The notes: generated from the sequence alone by a model not told the origin. Shown: positions 35,272 through 44,665, counted from the first letter of the stretch. The stretch: DNA of 51,402 nt from a virus (IMGVR_UViG_3300012096_000008:1-51402); one strand, 5' to 3'. Made by a program: numbers and translations.

Positions 35272-37815
35272 CTATTTCCACCGTATGCTTGCTGCTTTTG
35301 AAGCTATAGCAGATCTTTGCTTGCTGGTTAGGGATTTGGCCCTGGCTTGACCGCCGAGGCTAGAAAGCACAGCAGCAGCTTTCTTAATATCTTCAGAATG
35401 GACTTTATGTCCCTCTGCAATCTGTTCTATACCCTCTAACCATCTCCACTTCTTACCACCACCATGAACTTCTGCTGGAGGAGGAGGTGGAGTAACATAT
35501 AGTACAAGATTGGGAAGATTATCTTGATCCGGTATGAGTATTACCGGTTGTTTAGTCTTACCCCAATCGGTCCAAGAAAAGATACCTAATGGAGTACTTA
35601 ACTGAGTGGGATTAAGTACTACAATATTCGGAAGATTACTTTGATCCGAAACTATCGGTCTAACTGGATAATAGTAGGTCCAATCAGATTTATTAAATGG
35701 TATTGTATTAGTATTTAGATTTATATTCAGAGCCATGCCTGAAGGAGGCTGAGGTACTGAAGGTAAGAATTGAGTCTTAGAGAAATCTTGTGTATAGAAG
35801 GGATTAACAACTACTGCAAGGGTAGTCAGTAAAAGGTTCGTCGGATCGACCGGACCAGCCTTGGCCCGACTTGGAAAAAAAAAGGCTGATGTCGTCCAAT
35901 CAAAGGGTCCGAATGGTATCGGATTAGTATAAAGATTTAGGTTTACCGATTGTACATCAGGCTTTGCAAGCGTGGAGACAAAAGGCTTAGAAAAGTCCTG
36001 AATAAAGAAAGGATTAACTATTACTACAGGAGTACTAAGTAAAGCTACATTCGGAAAATCATTTTGACTTAAAGGTCTAGGTTTATGCGGGAAAGGCACA
36101 TACCAATCAAATGGCCCGAATGGTATATTATTACTTAGAACTAAGTTGGGAAGATTGTTCTGATTAGAAACAATAGACTTAATCGAATAAGCAATTCCGA
36201 AATCTTGTAAATAGAAAGGATTACCTACTACTACTGGATTTAGAAGAACAATATTAGGATATTGCGTAAAAGGTACCGACGGAATATCGAAACCTTTAGA
36301 CCAATCAAACTGAGCGAATGGAATTGGATTGGTGTATATATTTACATTATACGCTTGTTGATCAGGCTTTGCCGGTCCAAGAGCGAATGGCTTAGAGAAA
36401 TCCTGTGTAGAGAAAGGAGTGGAGAAATTCTGTAGTACTAAATTAGGATATTGCGGAGAAGGCAACCAATCCGGTAATATATGAGTTGTGGAATAATCCG
36501 AAGGAAGAAACGGATTTGCGACTACAACTGTGTTAAGTAATACTATATTCGGATATTGAGGGGGCGGTAACCAATCATATAATGAATTTAATGGAAAATT
36601 AAACTCATTAAGATTAGGTATCGGATTTTTGTAGATACCTATATTATACGGAGTAGCCTGAGGAGGAGAAGAGACTACTGTTTTAGGAAATGTTACAGAT
36701 TGACTGACACTAAATGGTATTGGATTGGGATAGAAATTTATATCAGTGTGTGGTTGATCAGGTTGATATCGTATAGTCGGATGAATTCTAGGCCAATCTG
36801 TTTGAGAGAATGGAATAGGATTATTGAATAAATTTAAATTTAGGGAAGATTGTTGGGCAGGAAGGCCTGGTATATCGAATATACGGCCAAAATCTTGAGT
36901 GTGGAAAGGATTATTACCTACCGGAGTATAGGTTAGAACAAGGACACCTTGAGCCCCCAACCCTGCTGTACTACCAGCGCCACCGCCGCCACCATAGCTT
37001 CCACCGTTACCGCCAACGCCTTGAATCCCAGTTCCGGTAAAACCGCCACCACCTGCACCACCGCCCCCTGGTCCAGCCGCCCCAACAAGAAATCCGCTTC
37101 CACTTACAGCGCCAGTCCAAACCGAATCTTGGCTGCCCGCTCCGCCCACGCCGCCATTGGCCGTTACGGTACCCTTAGAACCGCCGCCGCCGCCGCCGCC
37201 ACTTGATCCGTCACCGCCGGCAGCGCCGCTTGTGCCTGTGCCTGCAGTACCGCCACCAGCCGATAGACGATTGTTGCCGCCTGTGCCACCATCGGTAAGA
37301 TTGGCATTGGCGTCGCTGCCAGCGCTGCCTCCATTAGCTCCGCCTCCCCCACCACCACCGAAGGTAAGGCTTACATTTGATCCGCCAGCGCCGCCTACGC
37401 CATTCGGCCCGCCAGCGCCTCCGCCACCGGCATTAGCGTTACCGGGAGCAGTGCCTCCAGTGCCGCCATTATTATTGCCATTAGCACCAGTGCCACCAGT
37501 TCCTCCAGCGCCGCCAGTAGCACCACCATTGCCAAATCCGCCACCTACAGCGATCACTGTATTGGTATTAAATGTCGTATTGGTTCCAGCTACACCATTG
37601 CCGCCACCAGCACCGATTACATAATTAAAGGCTGTAGTGCCGGGAGTGGCTACGGAAAAGTTATTGCTTCTGCGATATTCACCGCCGCCGCCGCCATCAC
37701 CCGTAGAGGCGTGACCGCCACCACCGGCACCAATAGCCTCAACCGAATTATTAGCGTTATTCCAATCGGAAGGGCTGGTAGAAGTCGTGCCAGATATGAT
37801 GACAATGACTGTCAC
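35272..37815 (-). CDS. Gly-rich plus NPF-repeat protein with basic C-terminal module (probable virion appendage)
   Basis: N-terminal ~300 aa Gly-rich domain, ~30-35-aa repeats NP(I)PF...D[FW]S, and C-terminal GGQARAKSLT..QRS.IA.KAA..RW. Confidence 0.75.
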   Translation of the reverse strand: MTVIVIISGTTSTSPSDWNNANNSVEAIGAGGGGHASTGDGGGGGEYRRSNNFSVATPGTTAFNYVIGAGGGNGVAGTNTTFNTNTVIAVGGGFGNGGATGGAGGTGGTGANGNNNGGTGGTAPGNANAGGGGAGGPNGVGGAGGSNVSLTFGGGGGGGANGGSAGSDANANLTDGGTGGNNRLSAGGGTAGTGTSGAAGGDGSSGGGGGGGSKGTVTANGGVGGAGSQDSVWTGAVSGSGFLVGAAGPGGGGAGGGGFTGTGIQGVGGNGGSYGGGGGAGSTAGLGAQGVLVLTYTPVGNNPFHTQDFGRIFDIPGLPAQQSSLNLNLFNNPIPFSQTDWPRIHPTIRYQPDQPHTDINFYPNPIPFSVSQSVTFPKTVVSSPPQATPYNIGIYKNPIPNLNEFNFPLNSLYDWLPPPQYPNIVLLNTVVVANPFLPSDYSTTHILPDWLPSPQYPNLVLQNFSTPFSTQDFSKPFALGPAKPDQQAYNVNIYTNPIPFAQFDWSKGFDIPSVPFTQYPNIVLLNPVVVGNPFYLQDFGIAYSIKSIVSNQNNLPNLVLSNNIPFGPFDWYVPFPHKPRPLSQNDFPNVALLSTPVVIVNPFFIQDFSKPFVSTLAKPDVQSVNLNLYTNPIPFGPFDWTTSAFFFPSRAKAGPVDPTNLLLTTLAVVVNPFYTQDFSKTQFLPSVPQPPSGMALNINLNTNTIPFNKSDWTYYYPVRPIVSDQSNLPNIVVLNPTQLSTPLGIFSWTDWGKTKQPVILIPDQDNLPNLVLYVTPPPPPAEVHGGGKKWRWLEGIEQIAEGHKVHSEDIKKAAAVLSSLGGQARAKSLTSKQRSAIASKAASIRWK

Positions 37816-38015
37816 GTCAGCATTTTACCAGTTCGACGTCGGACAATGGCATTGATTTCTGGTATCCCAATGGGACCGGTCTGAGTTTCTATGTGGAGGA
37901 TTTCATCGAATGCCACGTTAGAATGTGCAGCAAGTTGATAATCTTCATCAGGGATAATGAGACGTCGAACCTGTCCTGTAGTTATATCATAGACAATGCC
38001 AATTTTAGTGCGCAC
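37812..38015 (-). CDS. hypothetical protein
   Basis: Probable GTG start at 38015 within track ORF 37812..38075, coupled to the next gene. Confidence 0.6.
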   Translation of the reverse strand: MRTKIGIVYDITTGQVRRLIIPDEDYQLAAHSNVAFDEILHIETQTGPIGIPEINAIVRRRTGKMLT

Positions 38016-38019
38016 ATTA

Positions 38020-38394
38020 TCAATTCCCGGGAGTACGGAAAAACGAATTAAAGTTACTAGAAATTGCAGTATCAATGTGTGGGTCAGTAACTAATGCAGC
38101 TTGTGTAGCAACATTACCGCTTGTTAAAGGAGTGGCCCCAACCACCGTAGCATCACTAATAACATTGGCATTTGTAGCGACTGAATTGGTAATCATGATC
38201 TTGAATATATCCGGCTGGTTCATTACTGCCACAAGAAATGTTTCTCTTTCACGATGAAAAGCAACCGTAGTTGATGATTCTGACTTAATTGCAAGACAAG
38301 CGGCAATTAGAGATTGTCTTACTCTATTTTGAAATGTTGGATCGGAGGCAAGCAATTGCTGATCATTGTAATTTGGAGATGGTGTTGCAGCCAT
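38020..38394 (-). CDS. hypothetical protein
   Basis: 124-aa ORF with RBS, containing LA.D..FQ.RV. Confidence 0.75.
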   Translation of the reverse strand: MAATPSPNYNDQQLLASDPTFQNRVRQSLIAACLAIKSESSTTVAFHRERETFLVAVMNQPDIFKIMITNSVATNANVISDATVVGATPLTSGNVATQAALVTDPHIDTAISSNFNSFFRTPGN

Positions 38395-38403
38395 AATATT
38401 CCC

Positions 38404-39807
38404 TTAATTGATTCTATAAATGTGAACTGTCCATGCATTAGCAAATGTATCGACAAACTTTGTTCCACCATTGGTAATGGGGATGGTACGATTTTCGTTA
38501 ATAACAGTTACAGTAGTAGCCCCTGTATTTACGATATTGAAAGTGGCGCTAAGATTGGTAGTAGATTCGGATTCACGAGTTGTAGCTATAATATAGAAGT
38601 TGGTTCCATTCCATTTGGCAACAGCCTCAACCCCACCATTAAGCCAGTTTGTCTCAACAGTCGGGAAAATATAACCATGTGGAGTTATCGAAGTCAGATA
38701 TCCCAAAGCAGCTGGAGAGTTGATAACCGAAGCCATGGTTTTGATTAAGGCATTGGTGGCCTTGGCTTGATTATAAATAGAGATAGACTGACCGCTATAG
38801 ATAGCCGTATTAAAGCCAGAACCATGCGCAGCGAAATCAGTATAGGTAAAATAATCTATGCCGCGAGCACCATGAATGATCGATGACCATACCGCCCAGT
38901 TCAACTCTGTTGGTTGAATAATATATGGGGTTGGAGTCCACAAACCATCATAGTTCTCTGGCAGAGACCACATGGGAATGCGACCTGTCGCACCATTGGT
39001 TCCAACGGCGCTATTGCCATTACCACCCACATTTTGACCATTAACATATGAACGATAAATATCGATCATGTTGCCGTAGTGACTACCACGGCGGATTTGA
39101 TCAGTAGTTGCAGGAGTAGAACTAAAACTCATGGGCACAGATAAGACGTTACCGCCGGCCTGTAATCCATTGGAATTGCCTGAATAAGCAAACCAGTAAA
39201 TATCTGCACTGAACGAATCGGTGGAACGGTTTCCACCTCCCGGAGCAGTCCAGTTATTCTTGGCTAGTAAAGTAGATATAGGAGTACCACCAAGATCGCC
39301 TGCAATGATGTAGTTAATGGTCCCAGTCAAATCGAACATGCGACCAGTCCACTGTGCAGCAGTATAACCGCTAATGAAGGTTTGAATGGCGGCTACTGTA
39401 GCTGGTTCATCCAGATGCATACCGACTTCCCAGTCGGTTCCATAGGGGCCGGAACCATTACTGAAAGCCTGAAGTTGAGCGGGAATCATACCGGAGTAAT
39501 CACTGGTTCCAGTGACGGCAACCGCGACGTTCAAACCAAGATCAACCATCTCTGATTCATCTGCTGGATAAACACCAAAGAAGACACCGAGAGGGAAGAA
39601 GTTCGGATCATCCCAATTGACCGTAGGAAAAGATGGATTGGCTGAAGTAGCTTTAGTAAAATTATTACCTGAATAATAGCTATGGCTCATCACTGTGGGG
39701 GTGAGCATAGTTTCACCATCAATAGCCTGTAGAGTTACCCCAATCGGTAGTTGTACTACCGATGAGGGAACAAAAATCTTGCCTCTAGAACCTAGAAATA
39801 AACCCAT
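38404..39807 (-). CDS. putative glycoside-hydrolase-like (TIM barrel plus beta-sandwich) protein
   Basis: FFP.GV, DEP, S.D.YW, P.W...E, ELNWAVWSSIIHGARGIDYF and C-terminal V.VINENRTI...F.D.F...VHIY. Confidence 0.55.
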   Translation of the reverse strand: MGLFLGSRGKIFVPSSVVQLPIGVTLQAIDGETMLTPTVMSHSYYSGNNFTKATSANPSFPTVNWDDPNFFPLGVFFGVYPADESEMVDLGLNVAVAVTGTSDYSGMIPAQLQAFSNGSGPYGTDWEVGMHLDEPATVAAIQTFISGYTAAQWTGRMFDLTGTINYIIAGDLGGTPISTLLAKNNWTAPGGGNRSTDSFSADIYWFAYSGNSNGLQAGGNVLSVPMSFSSTPATTDQIRRGSHYGNMIDIYRSYVNGQNVGGNGNSAVGTNGATGRIPMWSLPENYDGLWTPTPYIIQPTELNWAVWSSIIHGARGIDYFTYTDFAAHGSGFNTAIYSGQSISIYNQAKATNALIKTMASVINSPAALGYLTSITPHGYIFPTVETNWLNGGVEAVAKWNGTNFYIIATTRESESTTNLSATFNIVNTGATTVTVINENRTIPITNGGTKFVDTFANAWTVHIYRIN

Positions 39808-39813
39808 TAGATA

Positions 39814-40329
39814 TTACAGAACTTCGTAGAAGATATTAGCTCCTATTGCGCCTGCTGTACCTGTATTAGCTGAAGATAGTACTGTCTCAGAGTTAGACGT
39901 GGTAGCTGTACCAACCGAAACCCATTCCTCTTCTGAACCTGGGTTTGTCTGCCATTGGATAATTCCACCAAAAGCATTAAACGTCAAATTAAGACGTGGA
40001 ATAGTGACCGCTGGAGAACGTGTTGGGGCAGTTGTAGCTGCTACATAAGCAACAGGTAATGTTGTCGCTGCTGTTGCCGCAATGTTGACGTAACCATCAG
40101 TATTTGGAAGTGCTAGAGCAGTTGGAGTAGCACCAAGTGTTGAGGATCGTGCCAGCATAGTTGCTGTGACAGCGCTGGAAGACGCCTGGCCTTCTAGCAG
40201 TACTTTACCGATCTTTAAGATATCGGTTGCAGAACCAGCCTTAAGAGCGGCGAAAGAACCGGCGGCTAATACGCCGTCAGCCTGTGCAGTAGGAGTAAAA
40301 GTAGAAACCTGGAATATTCTTTTTGACAT
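39814..40329 (-). CDS. hypothetical, probably structural, protein
   Basis: AAGGA RBS, Ala/Thr-rich beta protein containing FNA.GG...W. Confidence 0.7.
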   Translation of the reverse strand: MSKRIFQVSTFTPTAQADGVLAAGSFAALKAGSATDILKIGKVLLEGQASSSAVTATMLARSSTLGATPTALALPNTDGYVNIAATAATTLPVAYVAATTAPTRSPAVTIPRLNLTFNAFGGIIQWQTNPGSEEEWVSVGTATTSNSETVLSSANTGTAGAIGANIFYEVL

Positions 40330-40343
40330 TTAATTATTTTCCT

Positions 40344-40682
40344 TTATTGGGAAGTTAGCAGGTTAGTGGGACTTCCCAATGCCGCCTGCTTTAGGGTTAA
40401 ATCTATATATTTGGAGAAAGGCATATGGACATCCTGAGTCTTAGCTTTGACAGCACAGACATCACATATGTAGTGATCGCATTCATAACAATGCGGGCGA
40501 TCGCGAGTACGTAATGGATTCTTAACTACTACGCTCTTGCAATGAGAACAGGTCATGGTATCCGCCTCGTATACCTTACCTTCACCAGCTAGACGGGGAT
40601 CATAGCCAGCTAATAGAGCTTCTTGTGGAGTTAGACCAGGAGATGCACTATGGTCTACTTTTAGATATCCCATCTGCTTCAT
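40344..40682 (-). CDS. zinc-finger protein
   Basis: CSHC...CYECDHYICDVC. Confidence 0.75.
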   Translation of the reverse strand: MKQMGYLKVDHSASPGLTPQEALLAGYDPRLAGEGKVYEADTMTCSHCKSVVVKNPLRTRDRPHCYECDHYICDVCAVKAKTQDVHMPFSKYIDLTLKQAALGSPTNLLTSQ

Positions 40683-40684
40683 GG

Positions 40685-40999
40685 TTACAACGTTGTGGTA
40701 ATAACGGCAACCTTAAGACCGGAGCCTAGAGGGACTAGAAAATCTGAAGTTTGTCCTGCAGACATACGCAAACTGCTATTAGCTAAAGCAGTGGGATTAG
40801 TTCCAAATAAAATGGAAGCTGGTGCGCTACTATCTACAGCAACTCTAACTACTTTAGTATTGTTTTTAAATGCAGCGGATTGTGCAGAAGTCGCAGATAT
40901 AGTTACAGGAGCTTGGTCTGTACCAGGTTCTACTGGAATAGGCAGACCTCCAGTTAAAAGACCAGAATCAGGATACTCCCTGATATACATAATAGACAT
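40685..40999 (-). CDS. hypothetical, probably structural, protein
   Basis: SAQSAAF...T..VRV...FG.NPTA...RM.AG motif. Confidence 0.75.
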   Translation of the reverse strand: MSIMYIREYPDSGLLTGGLPIPVEPGTDQAPVTISATSAQSAAFKNNTKVVRVAVDSSAPASILFGTNPTALANSSLRMSAGQTSDFLVPLGSGLKVAVITTTL

Positions 41000-41196
41000 T
41001 AAATTTTAGTTCCTTGTTTTAATCCCCTGGCGAATTCAATTTCACCGGTTGCTTTGATTAATGCAGCATTGAGACCATTGGTCTGATGTTTAATTTCATT
41101 ACACTGTTTAACTATGAAATGTGCTTGGACTGTATTATATAATAAGACTAGAGCAGACACAGCTAAACCGATGTCCCCTAACGTCGGCTCAATCAT
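40999..41196 (-). CDS. small membrane protein
   Basis: N-terminal TM helix, then EI..QTNG. Coupled to the next gene. Confidence 0.65.
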   Translation of the reverse strand: MIEPTLGDIGLAVSALVLLYNTVQAHFIVKQCNEIKHQTNGLNAALIKATGEIEFARGLKQGTKI

Positions 41197-41203
41197 ATTC
41201 TAA

Positions 41204-41834
41204 TTACAAGACACGATCAGATAGAGCTAAGAATCCCTGACGGGGAGGAATCTCCTTGGGAATATCTTGTCCACTCTTGTGGACTGTCTTAGGTTTCATA
41301 TTAGCTTTGTCGTCTTTAGTACCTTTGTTACCTTTACTCATGGTCCTATTGCTTCCAATCCTAATTGTTTCTTAGTACGAGGGGGTTTACCCATAACAGG
41401 GTGAGATTCAACGTCCATAGGGGTCCCCATAGTGACGCCATAGTCTACATTGGGGTTGAGGTCTAAACTGGTATGCTCCATTAGGTAGCTACCTCAGGTA
41501 CTACAGGAGCAGTAGGTTCTGGATGCTTATGTTCTATCAAAGCTTCTAACTTCTTAATTTCTTCCTTAACTTCTTCAATTAAGTCCATGTTATTTAAAAC
41601 CTTTCTTTCTATCTTTAAGTTTATCTCTCTTAGAACCTTCTTTGATTCCTAATTTCTTATCTTTAGCCATATCGGCTTTCTTAGCTGTAGACATTGCCAT
41701 TACTTAGACCCTCTTGTTACTGGATTCTTCTTATGTTTACTATTATAGATCTTAGCAGCTCTAGTCTTAGCTTCTTTAGAAGACATACCTTGTTTCTTAA
41801 ACTTATCTCTTATAGCTTCATATTGTTTAGGCAT
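41204..41834 (-). other. chain of five tightly packed micro-ORFs (41834-41700, 41700-41590, 41588-41481, 41481-41338, 41341-41204)
   Basis: Translated by hand at 44, 36, 35, 47 and 45 aa, joined by TAATG, TAAcATG, TAATG and ATGA junctions. Confidence 0.65.
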
Positions 41835-42003
41835 TAGAATCTATTACCTTAGTCTTCTTAGTTTCAGATAGAAGTTTCATAGCTTGTTGTCCTAGTAATA
41901 CCTGAAGTACTAAGAGACCTCTTTGATCTAGGTCTTCTATTAGTTTCTCTAATGTTAGAGGATTAGTAGATCTATTACGTAGATCAGCTACCTTGTTGGA
42001 CAT
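41827..42003 (-). CDS. hypothetical protein (MSNKVADLR...)
   Basis: ATG at 42003 within track ORF 41827..42039, overlapping both neighbours. Confidence 0.55.
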   Translation of the reverse strand: MSNKVADLRNRSTNPLTLEKLIEDLDQRGLLVLQVLLGQQAMKLLSETKKTKVIDSNA

Positions 42004-42283
42004 ATATACACATTGGACTAGTATAGTCATTGTAACCATGCATTATACAAACATGACAATGATTATCTTGGGAAGGATGAATCTTATCTTTAGTAAACTC
42101 TATTCCATTCCAAACTACACCTTTAGCAGTCTCTAGGATTTCTGAACAAGAATCAATTGGATGGCAATGAGTATTACCACAACAGGCAAGGGAATACCAA
42201 TCGTGAGGAAAGGCCTGTAGAGTTCCGAATAGTAGAACAACACATAGAGTTCCTAAGAATATTAGTTTTCTTGATATTGACAT
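41984..42283 (-). CDS. secreted Cys-rich protein
   Basis: Signal-peptide-like N-terminus and HDWY..ACC...HC.P...S.D...HVC...C.YV pattern. Probably a leaderless start at 42283. Confidence 0.75.
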   Translation of the reverse strand: MSISRKLIFLGTLCVVLLFGTLQAFPHDWYSLACCGNTHCHPIDSCSEILETAKGVVWNGIEFTKDKIHPSQDNHCHVCIMHGYNDYTSPMCIYVQQGS

Positions 42284-42289
42284 AGACAT

Positions 42290-42318
42290 ATTATACGCTT
42301 ATAATCAACTATTGTCAA
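42290..42318 (-). promoter_or_regulatory. consensus sigma70 promoter at the head of the - arm
   Basis: TTGACA (42318-42313), 17 nt spacer, TATAAT (42295-42290). Confidence 0.85.
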
Positions 42319-42334
42319 CATATAAGGAAATACC

Positions 42335-42550
42335 GTGAGTAAACACTATGGATTGTCAGATACCTACTGGAAAGACGATAAATTGTATTTTCATAAGAAA
42401 GATACCAAACTTAAGATAATTCCCTCAGAAAATGAACTATTTAGGATAGAATGGCCAGATAGGGTTAAATCAGCAGATTTCTATAATTTTACTAGAGCTA
42501 GGGAAGCTGCAAAGCTGTATGTGCTTAAACACGTCAAGGAATTCTTTTAA
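42335..42550 (+). CDS. hypothetical protein
   Basis: AAGGA RBS, GTG start, RI.WPD...S.D..N.TRA.EAA motif. Confidence 0.7.
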   Translation: MSKHYGLSDTYWKDDKLYFHKKDTKLKIIPSENELFRIEWPDRVKSADFYNFTRAREAAKLYVLKHVKEFF

Positions 42551-43200
42551 ACAGCGGGGGAGAAGCTCGCGCAAGGGTCTAGGATGCGTTTAAATTTAAA
42601 TCAGGTAGTAGGGTACCACCCAGGGTATAAATTGATCTCCTGAGCCTTCCTAGCAGATACGTATTAAATTTCTAGTGCGATATATTTTAGGTGTAGTTCA
42701 GCGCCGCGTGAAGACCCCCCGACCCCCTTGGGAGGGTTTTTAGGTTATATTAGTAGCTCATATGGTTAAATTATCTTACTTAGTAACGTAAGAAACTTAT
42801 AAGACTCTTACATCGTAGTTACTTATATTATTAACTAAGACTCTTAAATTAGATGATATAGAAACAGAAGAAGATACTGTGATTAGATCATGTAATATCT
42901 TAAGATGACTTAGTTCTCTTAGTAACTAAGCTTAGTTCTAAATAAGACATAAATATATTATAGAATAACATTAATAACTAAGCTGTTTAAATATACTTAG
43001 TTACTTAGAGGAGCAAGCTGTAATGTAGATGAATATAGCGCTTTATTCATGTCTATGGCTAAATTATGTCCATCAATAATATCAATAGCTTAAGGTACTA
43101 TGAAATGAATATTATCATTCATTGTTTAATGTATTTGTTGATTGCATCTTGCAATCTGTTGATATTAAGGCAATAAGAACATGAAATGACTTTGAAATTC
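42551..43200. other. non-coding divergence region, probable genome termini and/or origin
   Basis: Lies between the divergent arms. C-rich/G-rich hairpin at 42711-42741, AT-rich tract with many CTAAG/CTTAG words, and TAAGACTCTTA twice (42800-42810, 42836-42846). Confidence 0.55.
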
Positions 43201-43222
43201 ACAAAGATGTGAATACACTGCC

Positions 43223-43251
43223 TTGACATAGCCACAATTAGGGATTAGTCT
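43223..43251 (+). promoter_or_regulatory. sigma70-like early promoter
   Basis: TTGACA, 17 nt spacer, TAGTCT, upstream of the first + arm gene. Confidence 0.6.
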
Positions 43252-43392
43252 AATCATGGTGCTAAAAGCACTAGAGCGGGGAAGTTCGTCAAAGATGACA
43301 ACAAATCCGCCTGTTGTATGACATTGTGAATAGAAATCAGCGCTCCAAGGCATTGTGCTTTGGGGGCGATATCGCATGAGAGAGAACCTATC

Positions 43393-44526
43393 ATGGTAAA
43401 AGCTTTACTCAATCCCAAGACTAAGGAAGATGTACCATCCAATGGTCTGCTCTATGAGATCGGCAGAACAATGGATATCAAAGCTCAAGAGACAGCCGCA
43501 AAGTGTGGCTATCTCACTGGCACAATCAATACTATTGCCAAGGCTAAACAAGACTATGAAGGCGGACCATTCGCCGTCATGTTCAAGGTTATGGGACAAA
43601 TGGAAGAGGAAGAGGTAGACGCTTTGCCTATTCCCAACACTGACAGTGGCAACAATCCTGCTCTCTATAAGATCAGGACTATCAATGCCAAGGGCAAACC
43701 AACGGTAAAAGAACATAACTTTTATAAGGTTATGTCTGATCGCTTGCCTTGCAATGTTGCGAAGCAACAACGGATTGACATGTTGGAACTAAGCATGAAA
43801 GATCCGGTTCAATTCAATGTCTCAAGTGTACCTCAAGATATCAAAGACATGGATCAAGATCGGCGCAACGCTGAGATATCTCGCCTCAATGGTGAGCTAT
43901 CAACTTCACGTGTCAATCTGGTAGGGGCATTTGAACTATGGTTCCATATCAGAGCAGCCAATGCACTTAAAGGTGTTACTGTTAGCATCATGTATGCATT
44001 GGACAAGGAGGGTAAGGAACTTGATGGACAAGAAGGACGTGATTGGATTGTCGAGAATACCAAGACGCCAATCCTTATCACTACTACCGTTGAAGGCAGG
44101 AAGGCCAAGGATACAACACAACTAGGTGTTGGATCATTCAAGAAACTACGTCCTGCCATTGCTCGTGAACATGGTGAAACTTACACTGCACTTATGGATA
44201 GTGCACCTACTGTGAAGCGTGGAACTAAGAGTGAAGAAGAACCAGGCGGTGAAAAGCCATTGGCTATCAACACCAAAGAAACATTCTACGCTAGAATGGT
44301 GGATGTTCATGACTATATGGATACCATCACAACTGACAGTAAGCAAACAGTGGTGGCTTCAATCATCGGCGATCTGAGCCGTAAAACTGGCAGTGATGAT
44401 GCTTTGGTTACATTCACTGAAACACGCGATATGCTGACTGATATACTGGAGAAGGTATTCAAGGCCGGCGATCGGTACATCAAGATCAAGGCCGCCGAGA
44501 AAGAAGCGGAAGAGAAAGCCGCTTAA
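43393..44526 (+). CDS. first early gene, unknown function (~377 aa, ends EEKAA)
   Basis: Long ORF with its own promoter and terminator. ATG 43393 follows GAGAG (track start 43360). Confidence 0.85.
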   Translation: MVKALLNPKTKEDVPSNGLLYEIGRTMDIKAQETAAKCGYLTGTINTIAKAKQDYEGGPFAVMFKVMGQMEEEEVDALPIPNTDSGNNPALYKIRTINAKGKPTVKEHNFYKVMSDRLPCNVAKQQRIDMLELSMKDPVQFNVSSVPQDIKDMDQDRRNAEISRLNGELSTSRVNLVGAFELWFHIRAANALKGVTVSIMYALDKEGKELDGQEGRDWIVENTKTPILITTTVEGRKAKDTTQLGVGSFKKLRPAIAREHGETYTALMDSAPTVKRGTKSEEEPGGEKPLAINTKETFYARMVDVHDYMDTITTDSKQTVVASIIGDLSRKTGSDDALVTFTETRDMLTDILEKVFKAGDRYIKIKAAEKEAEEKAA

Positions 44527-44564
44527 CAGATTGTAATAACAATCAATACCTGACTAACTAATAT

Positions 44565-44597
44565 AACCCCTGTGCCTCGCGGCATGGGGGTTTTTTA
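44565..44597 (+). terminator. intrinsic terminator
   Basis: CCCCTGTGCC-tcgc-GGCATGGGGG followed by TTTTTT. Confidence 0.85.
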
Positions 44598-44665
44598 TTG
44601 TGATAGGAATATAACACATATGATCTGTTGATCGTGTTTACGATCTGTTAAGCTATTTAGCTAAC

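Noticed and set aside
35500-36915. CRISPR array or DGR template/variable repeats
   Set aside because: The repeats are degenerate and conserved at protein level within one ORF. No reverse transcriptase and no adenine-specific repeat pair was seen.
36949-37624. Pro-rich and Ala-rich + strand ORFs
   Set aside because: Antisense shadows of the Gly-rich codons of the 847-aa gene.
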